NCBI GenBank assembly: GCA_052279835.1
Contig: CP181291.1
Location: 2,240,001-2,304,000, forward strand
Direction: 5' to 3'
Source of the DNA: Microcoleus sp.
GTDB taxonomy: Bacteria > Cyanobacteriota > Cyanobacteriia > Cyanobacteriales > Microcoleaceae
Length of the DNA: 64,000 nucleotides
Shown here piece after piece: positions 41,137-50,642 of this stretch (position 1 is the first letter of the stretch; each line of letters starts with the position of its first letter). Below the pieces are notes generated by a model, which saw only the letters and a program-made list of their open reading frames with translations, was not told the origin of the DNA and made no database searches. A program made the translations under genes and the position numbers.

Positions 41137-41376
41137 ATTGAGCCTCCGAATAATCGGGTGACTTTTGCCTTGGTAATGTTAAGAGGGCTTGTCAGACTAG
41201 CAGCACTTCCTTAGCGAAATAAAGATGTTTAACTGGTAGCGACAGAGCAAGGAGCTGGCAAGCACTCACAGGGTGTCGTGACCTTCTTAACGTAGTCTGT
41301 GGTTAGACTTAACCGGGCTATCTCTACCAAGGAGCGATCGGGATTGTCCAGGTTTGTCCAGTGGTTCGCGGATAGC
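41137..41376 (-). ncRNA. IscB-associated omega-RNA (HEARO-like)
   Basis: ~240 nt directly upstream of iscB; opening GCTATC...GATAGC stem, GACTACGTT motif (41297-41289), further hairpins, GGAGG RBS before the iscB ATG. Confidence 0.8.
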
Positions 41377-41485
41377 AATGTAGAGCTTAGTTTAAGCATA
41401 AAATAATCGGTTTGGCTAGATCCTATTTTCTGCAATGGCCGACTACGATCGAGTTTGTAAGTAAAAAATCTATAAACTGCCTATA

Positions 41486-42232
41486 ATGTTGCTGCAATTG
41501 AGTACCTGGCCGGAGGTAGAAACCTATCTAGAGAGTTCCCGCGGCATAATTATCCCGATCGGCTCTACGGAACAACACGGACCGACTGGATTAATCGGGA
41601 CGGATGCCATAGCCGCGGAGGCGATCGCCCGTGGTGTGGGGGAAGCCGCCAATGCCTTAATTGGCCCGACCATTAATGTGGGCATGGCCTTGCACCACAC
41701 CGGTTTTCCCGGCACCATCAGCCTGCGACCACAAACCATGATACTGGTAATCAGGGATTATATCACATCTTTGGCAAAAGCGGGATTTGAGAAATATTTC
41801 TTTATTAACGGTCACGGTGGGAATATTGCGACGATGAAAGCAGCATTTTCCGAGACTTACGCCCATTTATCAGATTTGAATCTGCCGAATTGCGATCGAA
41901 TTCAATGTCAAATCGGCAATTGGTTTATGTGCGGCTCCGTCTACAAACTAGCCAAAGAATTGTACGGAAACCAAGAAGGTGGACACGCCACCCCTAGCGA
42001 AGTCGCCTTAACTCAGTACCTGTATCCAGAAGCCATCAAGCAAGCTCCACTTTCTGAGGAAGTTGCATCCGGGCACAAAATCTACGGTGCCACTGACTTT
42101 CGTCGCCGATTTCCCGATGGCAGAATGGGTTCAAACCCGGCTTTAGCAACTCCCGAACATGGCCAGCAATTTTATGAATTAGCAGTCAAAGAGTTAACTA
42201 ATAATTACTTGGAATTTTTAAGCTCGGATTAA
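41486..42232 (+). CDS. Creatininase family amidohydrolase
   Basis: PIGSTEQHGP, D, NGHGGN, GHA...E. Confidence 0.92.
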   Translation: MLLQLSTWPEVETYLESSRGIIIPIGSTEQHGPTGLIGTDAIAAEAIARGVGEAANALIGPTINVGMALHHTGFPGTISLRPQTMILVIRDYITSLAKAGFEKYFFINGHGGNIATMKAAFSETYAHLSDLNLPNCDRIQCQIGNWFMCGSVYKLAKELYGNQEGGHATPSEVALTQYLYPEAIKQAPLSEEVASGHKIYGATDFRRRFPDGRMGSNPALATPEHGQQFYELAVKELTNNYLEFLSSD

Positions 42233-42289
42233 GGTTGTTAGCAACGGGAAAGATGCCTATTCCACAAAGAGTCAATTTGATAGGGGGTT

Positions 42290-42308
42290 GGGCTGGAGTT
42301 CCAGCCCT
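42290..42308. terminator. Hairpin between convergent creatininase and rpsF genes
   Basis: GGGCTGGA-GT-TCCAGCCC followed by TCAAAA (T-rich on the minus strand side). Confidence 0.5.
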
Positions 42309-42340
42309 CAAAAGCCTGATTGAATCTTTGTATCAGATTC

Positions 42341-42676
42341 CTACTCAGCTACTTCGGCTTCGAGTTCAGCATCAGGAGCATCAGGCACATCTTGCTTGAT
42401 TGTCAAATAGCGAATCACTTCTTCACTCAGACGCATGGCGCGTTCCATAGGGAAAATTGCAGCGCCGGGAGCTGTATAGTTCATTTGAACGTATACTCCG
42501 TCGCGGTGCTTGCCGATTTCATAAGCCAAACGACGCTTCCCACGGTGCTGGGTTTCGATATTTTCCGCACCTTGATCGCGCAAAATAGTTTGATATTTCG
42601 CGATCGCCTGATCGGTCATTTCTTCACCCAAATCTGGGCGCAGAATGTACATTGTTTCGTAAATAAACGGTTTCAT
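42341..42676 (-). CDS. rpsF: 30S ribosomal protein S6
   Basis: [31 protein letters not shown]. Confidence 0.96.
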   Translation of the reverse strand: MKPFIYETMYILRPDLGEEMTDQAIAKYQTILRDQGAENIETQHRGKRRLAYEIGKHRDGVYVQMNYTAPGAAIFPMERAMRLSEEVIRYLTIKQDVPDAPDAELEAEVAE

Positions 42677-42742
42677 GCCAAAAATCCCCTTATGGACAAC
42701 AAGGCTTCTCGCGAAGCAAGGACTTATTATCATATCCCAACA

Positions 42743-43609
42743 ATGAACAATTTCAAAACTAAAAAACCAAATTCCCCAAACAGCACTCCCTCCCAGTGGC
42801 AGACCCTGTGGATGTACAGTATGATGGGTGCGATCGCCCTGCTAATGCTATTCCCCCTGTTGTGGCTGCTGAGCACATCCCTCAAATCCCCAGCCGAAAA
42901 CATCTTTCAATTTCCCCCCCAACTGTGGCCCCAACAGCCCACCCTAGAAAACTTCATCAAAGTTTGGGAAACAAACCCCTTCGGGCGCTACCTCTTCAAC
43001 AGCACCCTAATTGCCACCCTCACCGTTAGCATCAACGTCCTATTTTGTGCCCTGGCCGCCTATCCCTTAGCCAGACTCAATTTTCGAGGCCGCGAAGCCA
43101 TCTTAATTGCGATCGTTTCCACCATCATGATTCCCTTCCAAATCGTGATGATTCCTCTATATGTATTAACTGTACAACTAGGACTAAAAAATAGTTATTT
43201 AGGCGTAATTTTTCCCGGATTAGCCTCAGCATTCGGCATATTTTTACTGCGCCAAGCATTCCTCGCAGTTCCCAAAGAATTAGAAGAAGCCGCCCGCATA
43301 GATGGCTGTAGCGAATTAGGCATTTGGTGGCACATTATGATTCCAGCAATTAAGCCAGCATTAGTCACGTTAGGGATTTTCGTATTTATCGGTTCTTGGA
43401 GTGACTTTTTGTGGCCGCTGCTAGTTTTAGACAGACCAGAATATTACACTTTGCCTTTAGGAGTCGCTAATTTAGCCGGGACATTTTCCTTAGATTGGCG
43501 TTTAGTGGCGGCCGGTTCTATAATTTCCATTGTACCAGTTTTAGGTTTATTTTTGATATTGCAAAAATACATTGTACCCACAGAAACAGCGACGGGAGTC
43601 AAAGGATAA
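42743..43609 (+). CDS. Carbohydrate ABC transporter permease (MalG-like)
   Basis: [15 protein letters not shown] motif; AAYPLAR; start at MNNFKT (the longer ORF overlaps rpsF). Confidence 0.9.
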   Translation: MNNFKTKKPNSPNSTPSQWQTLWMYSMMGAIALLMLFPLLWLLSTSLKSPAENIFQFPPQLWPQQPTLENFIKVWETNPFGRYLFNSTLIATLTVSINVLFCALAAYPLARLNFRGREAILIAIVSTIMIPFQIVMIPLYVLTVQLGLKNSYLGVIFPGLASAFGIFLLRQAFLAVPKELEEAARIDGCSELGIWWHIMIPAIKPALVTLGIFVFIGSWSDFLWPLLVLDRPEYYTLPLGVANLAGTFSLDWRLVAAGSIISIVPVLGLFLILQKYIVPTETATGVKG

Positions 43610-43635
43610 TATCCATCTTAAAAATCCGCGTTAGC

Positions 43636-43747
43636 TCAAATCCGGTTGCATCGGAATGATTAAACCGCGAAGACACAAAGAGCGCGAAGTCAGAACTGCA
43701 TCTTCTTCTTCTTTCTCTTCCTTTGCGTCCTTCGCGCCTTCGCGGTT
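43636..43747. repeat. MITE-like end plus internal inverted repeat
   Basis: TCAAATCCGGTTGCATCGGAATGATT as in 23013-23117; AACCGCGAAG...CTTCGCGGTT. Confidence 0.65.
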
Positions 43748-43784
43748 CATTTAATCTTACCCACTCTTTCCATCCAAATTCCCC

Positions 43785-46349
43785 TTATCTCGGAGTAAAA
43801 ACTGCACTAGGATAAGCAATTCGCTTATGATTGAACTGTTCCCAAACCCGGACAAAAATCTCCGCAATTAAAGACATATCCTCCCGCGTCAAACCCGAAT
43901 CAATCAACTGATTATCCTGCCAACGAGCTCTCAGAATCTTGTTAACCATACTCAAAGCCTCCTCGTGAGTGGCATCCTTGAGCGATCGCAAAGCAGCCTC
44001 ACAGGAGTCCGCCACCATCACAATCCCAGTTTCCCGTGACTGAGGAATCGGCCCATTATAGCGAAAATCATCCTCCCTCACTTCGCGACTTTCCATAGTT
44101 AACGTTGTTGTTGTTGAATTATGCCCATCGGCCACAGCCATCTTTAAATCTGCGGATTCCTGAGCCACAATTTGCTTTGCTTGGTGATAGAAATAAGCAA
44201 TCAACATCGTCCCTTGATGTTCAGGAATAAACGCCTGAATCGCCTTCGGCAATCGATGTTTTCGTGCCATCACTAAGCCTTCACTAACGTGCTTTTTAAT
44301 AATCTGGGCACTGGCCCAAGGGTCATTAATTTCATCATGTTTATTACCCCCGCCCATTTGATTTTCGCAAAATCCGATCGGGTCGTGCATTTTGCCAATA
44401 TCATGGTATAATGTGCCAGTTCTAACTAGCTCTACATTACAGCCAAGTTCCCGCGCCGCCGCCTCGGCCAAACTCGCCACAAACAGCGTGTGCTGAAAAG
44501 TCCCAGGAGCCTCGGCGGCCAACTTCTTCAATAGAGGACGATTGGGATTAGCCAATTCCGCCAGTCTGATGGGGGTAATTAAGTCAAAAACGTGTTCTAA
44601 ATAAGGGCTGATGCCCAGAGCTACAACGCTCCAAGCTAAACCGGCTAAACTTTGGGCACCCACGGTACCGAGCACAACGTACCAAATAGAGCCGGCAGCG
44701 ACGCTGGCAATCATTGTCCCCACCAGATAAACGATGCCCTGAGTTAAGCCGATCGCCACGCCCAAGAGAGCCAATTCTTCGCGCGATCGCAACCTGCTCG
44801 CCATCAAAGCACCCAGCAATCCCGCCGCCGCGCTAGCCACCAAATGAATCAACTCAATTTCCAAGCCAATGGGTAACACCAGTGACAACAGCCCCACCAC
44901 CGTAACCCCCACGGCCGAACCGTAGAAGCCGCTTGCTAAAATGCCGATCGCCGGCAAAGTTGTCCAAGGCAGCCCCAAACTTACCAACACAGGCGCGCTC
45001 AAAGTCAACAGCAACAGCAGCAAGTGATCTCTGCGGCGCAAGCGATAATGCCTTTCTACCAGTAGCACGATCCCAATCGCCGCCCCAACTAAGCAGACAA
45101 AGCCCGCCAACCCCAACCAATTCACACCCCGCCTACTCAAACCGAAATAGTCGAGTAACACGAAATCTTGTTGAGAGATCTCTTGTCCTTCTGCCACAAT
45201 GATCTGGCCCTGGTTTACTTCTAGTGTCACCACTTGCACCTTTTGGGCTGCTAATTCCGCTAGCTGTTTGGTTTCTTCGGAATCTCGCACCAGATTGGGC
45301 TGTAAAATCGCTGTTAAAGCTTCTATGGCCAAATTTTGCGATACCCCAGGCACTGAGTCGGCCACTTGCAGTCTCACAGCTTCCTTTAAAATATCTTTGG
45401 GCAAACCCTGGGGAATACCTTGAGCCAGCATTTTTTTGGCTACCAGACTCATACCCTTTTGTGTTTCCTGCCAAACTGTATCGGACAAATCAAAGAGGGA
45501 ATTATCATAAATCTGTCCTAGTCGGGACACCGATTTGGTTTCCATTGCTTCCAAAGCGTTAAGGTAGCCCTGGCGAACTTCGGAGATACCCTCTGTCAGA
45601 TTTTTGAATTCTACCTTGGAGACCGATCGACTGTAAGCTTGCAGTTGAACGACAGCATCTTGTTGAGATTTATTTCCCGTCGCCTGCGTCGGATCGCTGG
45701 ACTCCAGACTCAAGGGCGTAGCTTTGGTACTACCGTCTCCTACTTGCGCTAAGATCGATCGCCACTCCCATTCTGGACAGCTCCGCAGGTACAATTGAAC
45801 GTTAGTTGATAGCAATTCTGGTCTGGCCAAAGGCAAAAGACCGATCGCCCGTCGCAGTTCAGTCCCTTGTTGCAAAAATTGTTGCAATTCTTGATAGATT
45901 TTGCGATCGGCATTCTCGTCAAGCATCAATATCGCTACCGCCCCAATCCGCGCTGCTTTCCTTTGTTCTTCCGTGGTTTTGAGATCGGAAACCTTGGCAC
46001 TAGCTGGGGCTTTAATTGTCTGAGGAGCTTTTGTGCCTACATCTAGTTTGGGTTGGTTGTAAAAACGGTGTCCCAGAGTGCTGCTGAGGGAAATGACGGC
46101 GACGATCGCTAAGACAGGGGAACGAGCTTGATTTTTGAGGTAGGATTGGGAATTTTTACTTTTATAACCAGTAAAACCTTTGGGTCGATCGGATTTCTTC
46201 GGGAAAAAACGGTTGAGCATAGAGTCGCGCGGGCGATCGTCTGGTTCTGGTTTGCTACCATCATGTTGCACCTTAGCAACTTGTTGGCGCTGCGAGCGGG
46301 AAGTCCCTAGTTGTTCTATTTGCCGCATCAATGAGGAGAGAGTATTCAT
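43785..46349 (-). CDS. 7TM-HD (HDIG) phosphohydrolase, PgpH-like
   Basis: Large extracytoplasmic domain, TM bundle, APGTFQH, YHDIGK, EHQGT, VADSCEAA. Confidence 0.9.
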   Translation of the reverse strand: MNTLSSLMRQIEQLGTSRSQRQQVAKVQHDGSKPEPDDRPRDSMLNRFFPKKSDRPKGFTGYKSKNSQSYLKNQARSPVLAIVAVISLSSTLGHRFYNQPKLDVGTKAPQTIKAPASAKVSDLKTTEEQRKAARIGAVAILMLDENADRKIYQELQQFLQQGTELRRAIGLLPLARPELLSTNVQLYLRSCPEWEWRSILAQVGDGSTKATPLSLESSDPTQATGNKSQQDAVVQLQAYSRSVSKVEFKNLTEGISEVRQGYLNALEAMETKSVSRLGQIYDNSLFDLSDTVWQETQKGMSLVAKKMLAQGIPQGLPKDILKEAVRLQVADSVPGVSQNLAIEALTAILQPNLVRDSEETKQLAELAAQKVQVVTLEVNQGQIIVAEGQEISQQDFVLLDYFGLSRRGVNWLGLAGFVCLVGAAIGIVLLVERHYRLRRRDHLLLLLLTLSAPVLVSLGLPWTTLPAIGILASGFYGSAVGVTVVGLLSLVLPIGLEIELIHLVASAAAGLLGALMASRLRSREELALLGVAIGLTQGIVYLVGTMIASVAAGSIWYVVLGTVGAQSLAGLAWSVVALGISPYLEHVFDLITPIRLAELANPNRPLLKKLAAEAPGTFQHTLFVASLAEAAARELGCNVELVRTGTLYHDIGKMHDPIGFCENQMGGGNKHDEINDPWASAQIIKKHVSEGLVMARKHRLPKAIQAFIPEHQGTMLIAYFYHQAKQIVAQESADLKMAVADGHNSTTTTLTMESREVREDDFRYNGPIPQSRETGIVMVADSCEAALRSLKDATHEEALSMVNKILRARWQDNQLIDSGLTREDMSLIAEIFVRVWEQFNHKRIAYPSAVFTPR

Positions 46350-46836
46350 AAAAATTTCACGGGAAGCCGGAAACTCAGCGTCTTCTGACCTGAGAGGGAA
46401 GCGACACGGGGCATTTCCATCCCCGTAGTATCGATCGACGCTACGGGGGCACTCGCAAAGTAACGTGTATAATGTGATTCATCGCGCAAACAGCTTTCCA
46501 TTATGGTTGGTCTCCAACATCTTGCAGCATTCTCAATCAGGCTGGCAGCGAGGGACTCTTGGGCCCACCCCACAGTTAGATTTACTGTGTTTGGCACAGG
46601 CCCCACAGCCTGCGATCGAACACCTCCCATCAGTCTGAAATCCAACCGATATTGCTGTTTTTAAAATCGATGCCGAAATTAGCGATGGGCGAACCAACTT
46701 TGTTCATAAATTGACCACTGGAATGGTGGGCGATGGTTTGGCGATGGTACGAGTAGCTCTCATTAAGCATCAAACCCTATGGTGTTAGATCGTCGGAGCA
46801 GTTTCAGAAGTCAAGAATCTGGGTATTCTGTTTTTT

Positions 46837-47982
46837 TTAATTACGAGATCTAATTACATAAGGTGCAGCCACCACTGCCCCCAGGATGGGGGGTTCACCT
46901 TCGGCATCGGGACTGTAAACTCCACTCCAGACGGCAAATAGGTGATGAGCTAGCTGTTTGATTTTGGCATCCGTAGCCGTTAAACAGACCGAGGGCTCTG
47001 GCCCCTCGGCTGCCAAGTTAGATGCCACCGCAGCCGAATGTCTAGATCGCCATTCTACAGGAATCGCGGCAGCACCATTGTAAGATCCTGACAAAGCTCC
47101 CGTCAGCGAGCAAGTTAGCGGTGCTGCGATGCCACACCGGGCCGCGCGGAAAACTGACAAACGCAAATCTTCTGGGGTACTTAAGAAGCAGTAGAAAGCG
47201 ATCGCCATCGAAATGAAATTTCCTGGGTTGACAATTGAGTTGGTTTGTGATTTTTTTTCACCCTTGGTATGGCTTTCTTCCAAAGCTATGGCGCTTTTGC
47301 AGAGATGGTTTTTGGCTCTTTCTAAATCTGCTCCCTTTTCTAATAATATTTGTACTTGTGAAAGCAGCTCGGTTAAAGCATTATCTGTTGCCAGGTAGGT
47401 AATTGTTTGAGGAATTGCCGTCGCGGGGTCAAGTTTTTCTTTGAGCGATCGGGCGATCGCATACCCTACTGCTAAAACTCCTGTTTGACATTCTGAAGCG
47501 CTTTGGTTGTGCCAAACATCTGTCGCCAGCATGAGTTTTGCTCGGAGCTTGGCTTTATTTTCGTGATAAAACAGTGCTGTTGGCAATGCAGCAACCGCAG
47601 CTTCACAAGGGTTAAGTATACTTTTAGCTTCTATATTTGGCGAATGGTAAAGCTCAGACTGAGCAAATGTTTCCCAAGTATCGCGCCAATCTTTTAAATC
47701 TAAACCGCTACACCTAATTAAACTTTGAGCTCCGGCTAGAGCCAGCATCCAGCACTCGGATGAGTTTGTGCCAGTTGAAAGTTTACCCTTGGACGATTTC
47801 CATCGCAAATTTGCCCCACTCATGGGCAATGGTTGGTGTTTAGTCAGTTGTAAAATGGGTTGCAATTCTGATGTTTGAGGGGGAATACCCAGAAGTTGTT
47901 GTTGATATTGAATACCTATAAAATCTCCTAAAGCGCAACCCTGTAAGGTTCCTTGAAACTTATTTAATAGAGAATGTCGCAT
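46837..47982 (-). CDS. ADP-ribosylglycohydrolase-like protein
   Basis: FQGTLQGCALGD, TGALSGSYNG...IPVEW; catalytic acidic motifs not evident. Confidence 0.75.
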   Translation of the reverse strand: MRHSLLNKFQGTLQGCALGDFIGIQYQQQLLGIPPQTSELQPILQLTKHQPLPMSGANLRWKSSKGKLSTGTNSSECWMLALAGAQSLIRCSGLDLKDWRDTWETFAQSELYHSPNIEAKSILNPCEAAVAALPTALFYHENKAKLRAKLMLATDVWHNQSASECQTGVLAVGYAIARSLKEKLDPATAIPQTITYLATDNALTELLSQVQILLEKGADLERAKNHLCKSAIALEESHTKGEKKSQTNSIVNPGNFISMAIAFYCFLSTPEDLRLSVFRAARCGIAAPLTCSLTGALSGSYNGAAAIPVEWRSRHSAAVASNLAAEGPEPSVCLTATDAKIKQLAHHLFAVWSGVYSPDAEGEPPILGAVVAAPYVIRSRN

Positions 47983-47984
47983 AT

Positions 47985-48105
47985 TGGTTATTGATTATTG
48001 GTTATTTGTTATTTGTTATTTGTTGTTGGTTATTTGTTATTGGTTATTTGTTATTTGTTATTTGTTATTTGTTGTTGGTTGTTGGTTGTTGGTTACTTGT
48101 TATTT
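47985..48105. repeat. Degenerate STRR heptamer repeat (TTATTTG/TTGTTGG)n
   Basis: Directly visible. Confidence 0.9.
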
Positions 48106-48246
48106 TGGGTTTTCTATTAATTTTTTTGGGTCCGATCGAACCTATAATCCCTGGCTTCCGAATCAAAAAACTTATCTTAATTAAAGCGCTGTTAACTCCC
48201 CGATTTCTTAAACAAGAATTCGGGGAGCTTGGTATTGGGTAAATTT

Positions 48247-48687
48247 TCAGTGGTTTTTCAAGTGACTAACTACAGCTTGCAGCCCTAGCCGATAACTCTC
48301 TGAACCAAAACCACTGATTTGCCCGATCGCCACTGGTGCTATAAACGAGTGGTGCCGGAAATCTTCCCGCCGATAGATATTGCTCAAATGAACTTCTACC
48401 GCAGGCAAATTGACGGCTGCGATCGCGTCCCTAATTGCCACACTCGTATGAGTATAAGCTCCAGCATTAATTAAAAGGCCTTGGTGCTGCCCTAACATCG
48501 AATGAATGGCATCCACCAAGACTCCTTCATGATTAGACTGCTGGATCGAGACTTTCACCTGGAGCGCAAGGGCTTCTTGCTCTAGCAACTTGTTTATATC
48601 ATTTAAAGTTGCTACTCCATAGACTCCAGGTTCTCGCTGACCCAGCAGATTGAGATTTGGGCCGTGCAGTACCAGGATATTTAACAA
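48247..48687 (-). CDS. aroQ: Type II 3-dehydroquinate dehydratase
   Basis: [36 protein letters not shown]; start inferred (TTG). Confidence 0.95.
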   Translation of the reverse strand: MLNILVLHGPNLNLLGQREPGVYGVATLNDINKLLEQEALALQVKVSIQQSNHEGVLVDAIHSMLGQHQGLLINAGAYTHTSVAIRDAIAAVNLPAVEVHLSNIYRREDFRHHSFIAPVAIGQISGFGSESYRLGLQAVVSHLKNH

Positions 48688-48785
48688 TTTTAAAATTTCC
48701 AGCGCGACAAAATGTGTGAGGGTTTTGATTTCGGTCTTAGAACCACTCTCAAATCTCAATTCTCAAACCTTAAAGCCAGTCCACG

Positions 48786-48923
48786 CTACCTACGATGTCT
48801 GGGTTGGTTGACTGGAATTGGAATCGGTTGCAGTTCCGGTTGAGCTTCTGGATTCAGCAATCCTTCGATCAGCTTGCGAACCCATTCTTTGATTTGTTCC
48901 AGCACCTTTTCAATGTCTTCCAT
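48786..48923 (-). CDS. 45-aa small protein
   Basis: MEDIEKVLEQIKEWVRKLIEGLLNPEAQPELQPIPIPVNQPRHRR preceded by AAGGAG. Confidence 0.7.
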   Translation of the reverse strand: MEDIEKVLEQIKEWVRKLIEGLLNPEAQPELQPIPIPVNQPRHRR

Positions 48924-49212
48924 TGAACGGATAGCTCCTTTTTTTATAATCTTGATTCTTAAACCGACGGCCAACTCTCTGAATACAAGCAAGCATAACC
49001 ATGAAATCAACAGTCAAACTTGAATTTTCTCGACCAGTTGTTGCTAGCAACCGCGAGAGGGAGTGTATTTGCCAATCAGTCTTATCTTATTATCATAACG
49101 AATCTTTACAGATAATCAAGAGGGAAGCGAGAAATTACGGAACTGTTTCGGCTCCTTCAGCCTTAAATAAAAATTAAGATTACTTTTACCTCTTGACAAT
49201 TTACAATTCATT

Positions 49213-50478
49213 TCAGCTTTTTTGAGCTTCTGTCAACAAAAGTTGACGTCGGAGTCGATCGAGCGCCGTACAAGCACTCAGATTTCTAATCCAATCGCGG
49301 GTGCGCGCATCGCCAAAACGGTATTCAAAACTATCTACCTCGCCCTTAGGCCCGGCTAAACCTATATAAACCAGTCCCACCGACTTAGCCTCACTGCCTC
49401 CTCCTGGCCCGGCGATGCCTGTAATGCTCAATCCCCAACTGGTGTTAAGCCCTTGCCGCACTCCGACTGCCATTTGTTTTGCCACTTGGTGGCTGACAGC
49501 ACCAAATTCGGCTAAATCTCGCGGCTTAACACCTAATAATTTTTCCTTAACTCGATCGTCATAGGAAATAATCCCGCCCCAAAAGTATCTCGAACTGCCA
49601 GCAACACCGGTCAGCATCGCCCCCAACCCTCCTCCCGTGCATGATTCAGCCACGCTGAGAGTTTCACCAGCCAACAGCAGCAATTTACCAACAGTCGAGG
49701 CGAGGGTATCGGTATCGACACCGTAACAGTCTAGACCAGTAATCTGTAGCAACTGTTGTTCGATGGGCTCAATTAAATTTTTAGCCACCGCTTCCGACTC
49801 CGCGCGGGCTGAAATCCGCAATTTGACTTCGCCGTGATTGGCGTAGGGAGCAACAGTTGGATTGGTTAAATTGAGAAAAGCATCTACTTTTTCGGCGAGT
49901 GCTGACTCAGCAATACCCCAAAATTTTAATGTGCGGCTGTAAATCGTGCCCCTGCGCCAGCCGTTATTTTGCAGGTAAGAAACGGCGGTTTCTCGCCACA
50001 TCAAGTGCATTTCCGCTGGTACGCCGGGAAATGTCATGACTGTGACGTTGGGAACAGGTTGCCAAATAATCCCCGGTGCAGAACCTGTGCGATTTGGCAA
50101 AATCTCAGCACCTTCTGGAATTAAAGCTTGTTTGCGGTTGCTCTTACTCATGCTTCGTCCCCGCTGAGCAAATTTGTGTTCGATGTCAGCGATAATTTCC
50201 GGTCTTTCTAGGAGGGGAACACCAAAATAATCCGCTATAGTTTCGACTGTGAGGTCGTCTGGTGTTGGACCTAGACCTCCTGTAAACAACAGTAGTTGCG
50301 ATCGCTCTACTGCTATTTTTAACACCTGTTTAATGCGATCTGGATTGTCACCCACCACTGTTTGATAGTAGTGAGGAATTCCCAAACTTGCTAACTCCTT
50401 AGCTAAAAACTGAGAATTGCTATTGAGAATATCCCCTAACAGCAATTCAGTGCCAACACAAATAATTTCAGCAACCAT
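49213..50478 (-). CDS. cinA: Competence/damage-inducible protein CinA (NMN deamidase domain)
   Basis: VGTELLLG, TGGLGPTPDDLT, AESCTGG, GAVS, ITGIAGPGG. Confidence 0.95.
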   Translation of the reverse strand: MVAEIICVGTELLLGDILNSNSQFLAKELASLGIPHYYQTVVGDNPDRIKQVLKIAVERSQLLLFTGGLGPTPDDLTVETIADYFGVPLLERPEIIADIEHKFAQRGRSMSKSNRKQALIPEGAEILPNRTGSAPGIIWQPVPNVTVMTFPGVPAEMHLMWRETAVSYLQNNGWRRGTIYSRTLKFWGIAESALAEKVDAFLNLTNPTVAPYANHGEVKLRISARAESEAVAKNLIEPIEQQLLQITGLDCYGVDTDTLASTVGKLLLLAGETLSVAESCTGGGLGAMLTGVAGSSRYFWGGIISYDDRVKEKLLGVKPRDLAEFGAVSHQVAKQMAVGVRQGLNTSWGLSITGIAGPGGGSEAKSVGLVYIGLAGPKGEVDSFEYRFGDARTRDWIRNLSACTALDRLRRQLLLTEAQKS

Positions 50479-50514
50479 TCAATTTGATTTTAGATTGTGG
50501 ATTTTTGATTGAAG

Positions 50515-50575
50515 AATTGGTAATAGGGAATTGGTAATAGGGAATTGCTAATGGGGAATTGGTAATGGGGAATTC
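50515..50575. repeat. 14-bp-period STRR-type repeat (GGGAATT/GGTAAT)
   Basis: GAATTGGTAATAGG units directly visible. Confidence 0.8.
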
Positions 50576-50642
50576 GGCCGAAAAGCATTGGTAGCCCCCT
50601 CTCCCCCTCTACCTTCTTCCTTCTTCCTTCTTCCTTCTTCCT

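Noticed and set aside
42320..42742. N-terminal extension of the 429-aa permease ORF
   Set aside because: It is the antisense of rpsF; the likely start is 42743
46346..46645. 99-aa ORF upstream of the 7TM-HD gene
   Set aside because: TTG start, no RBS or motif; could be UTR or promoter DNA
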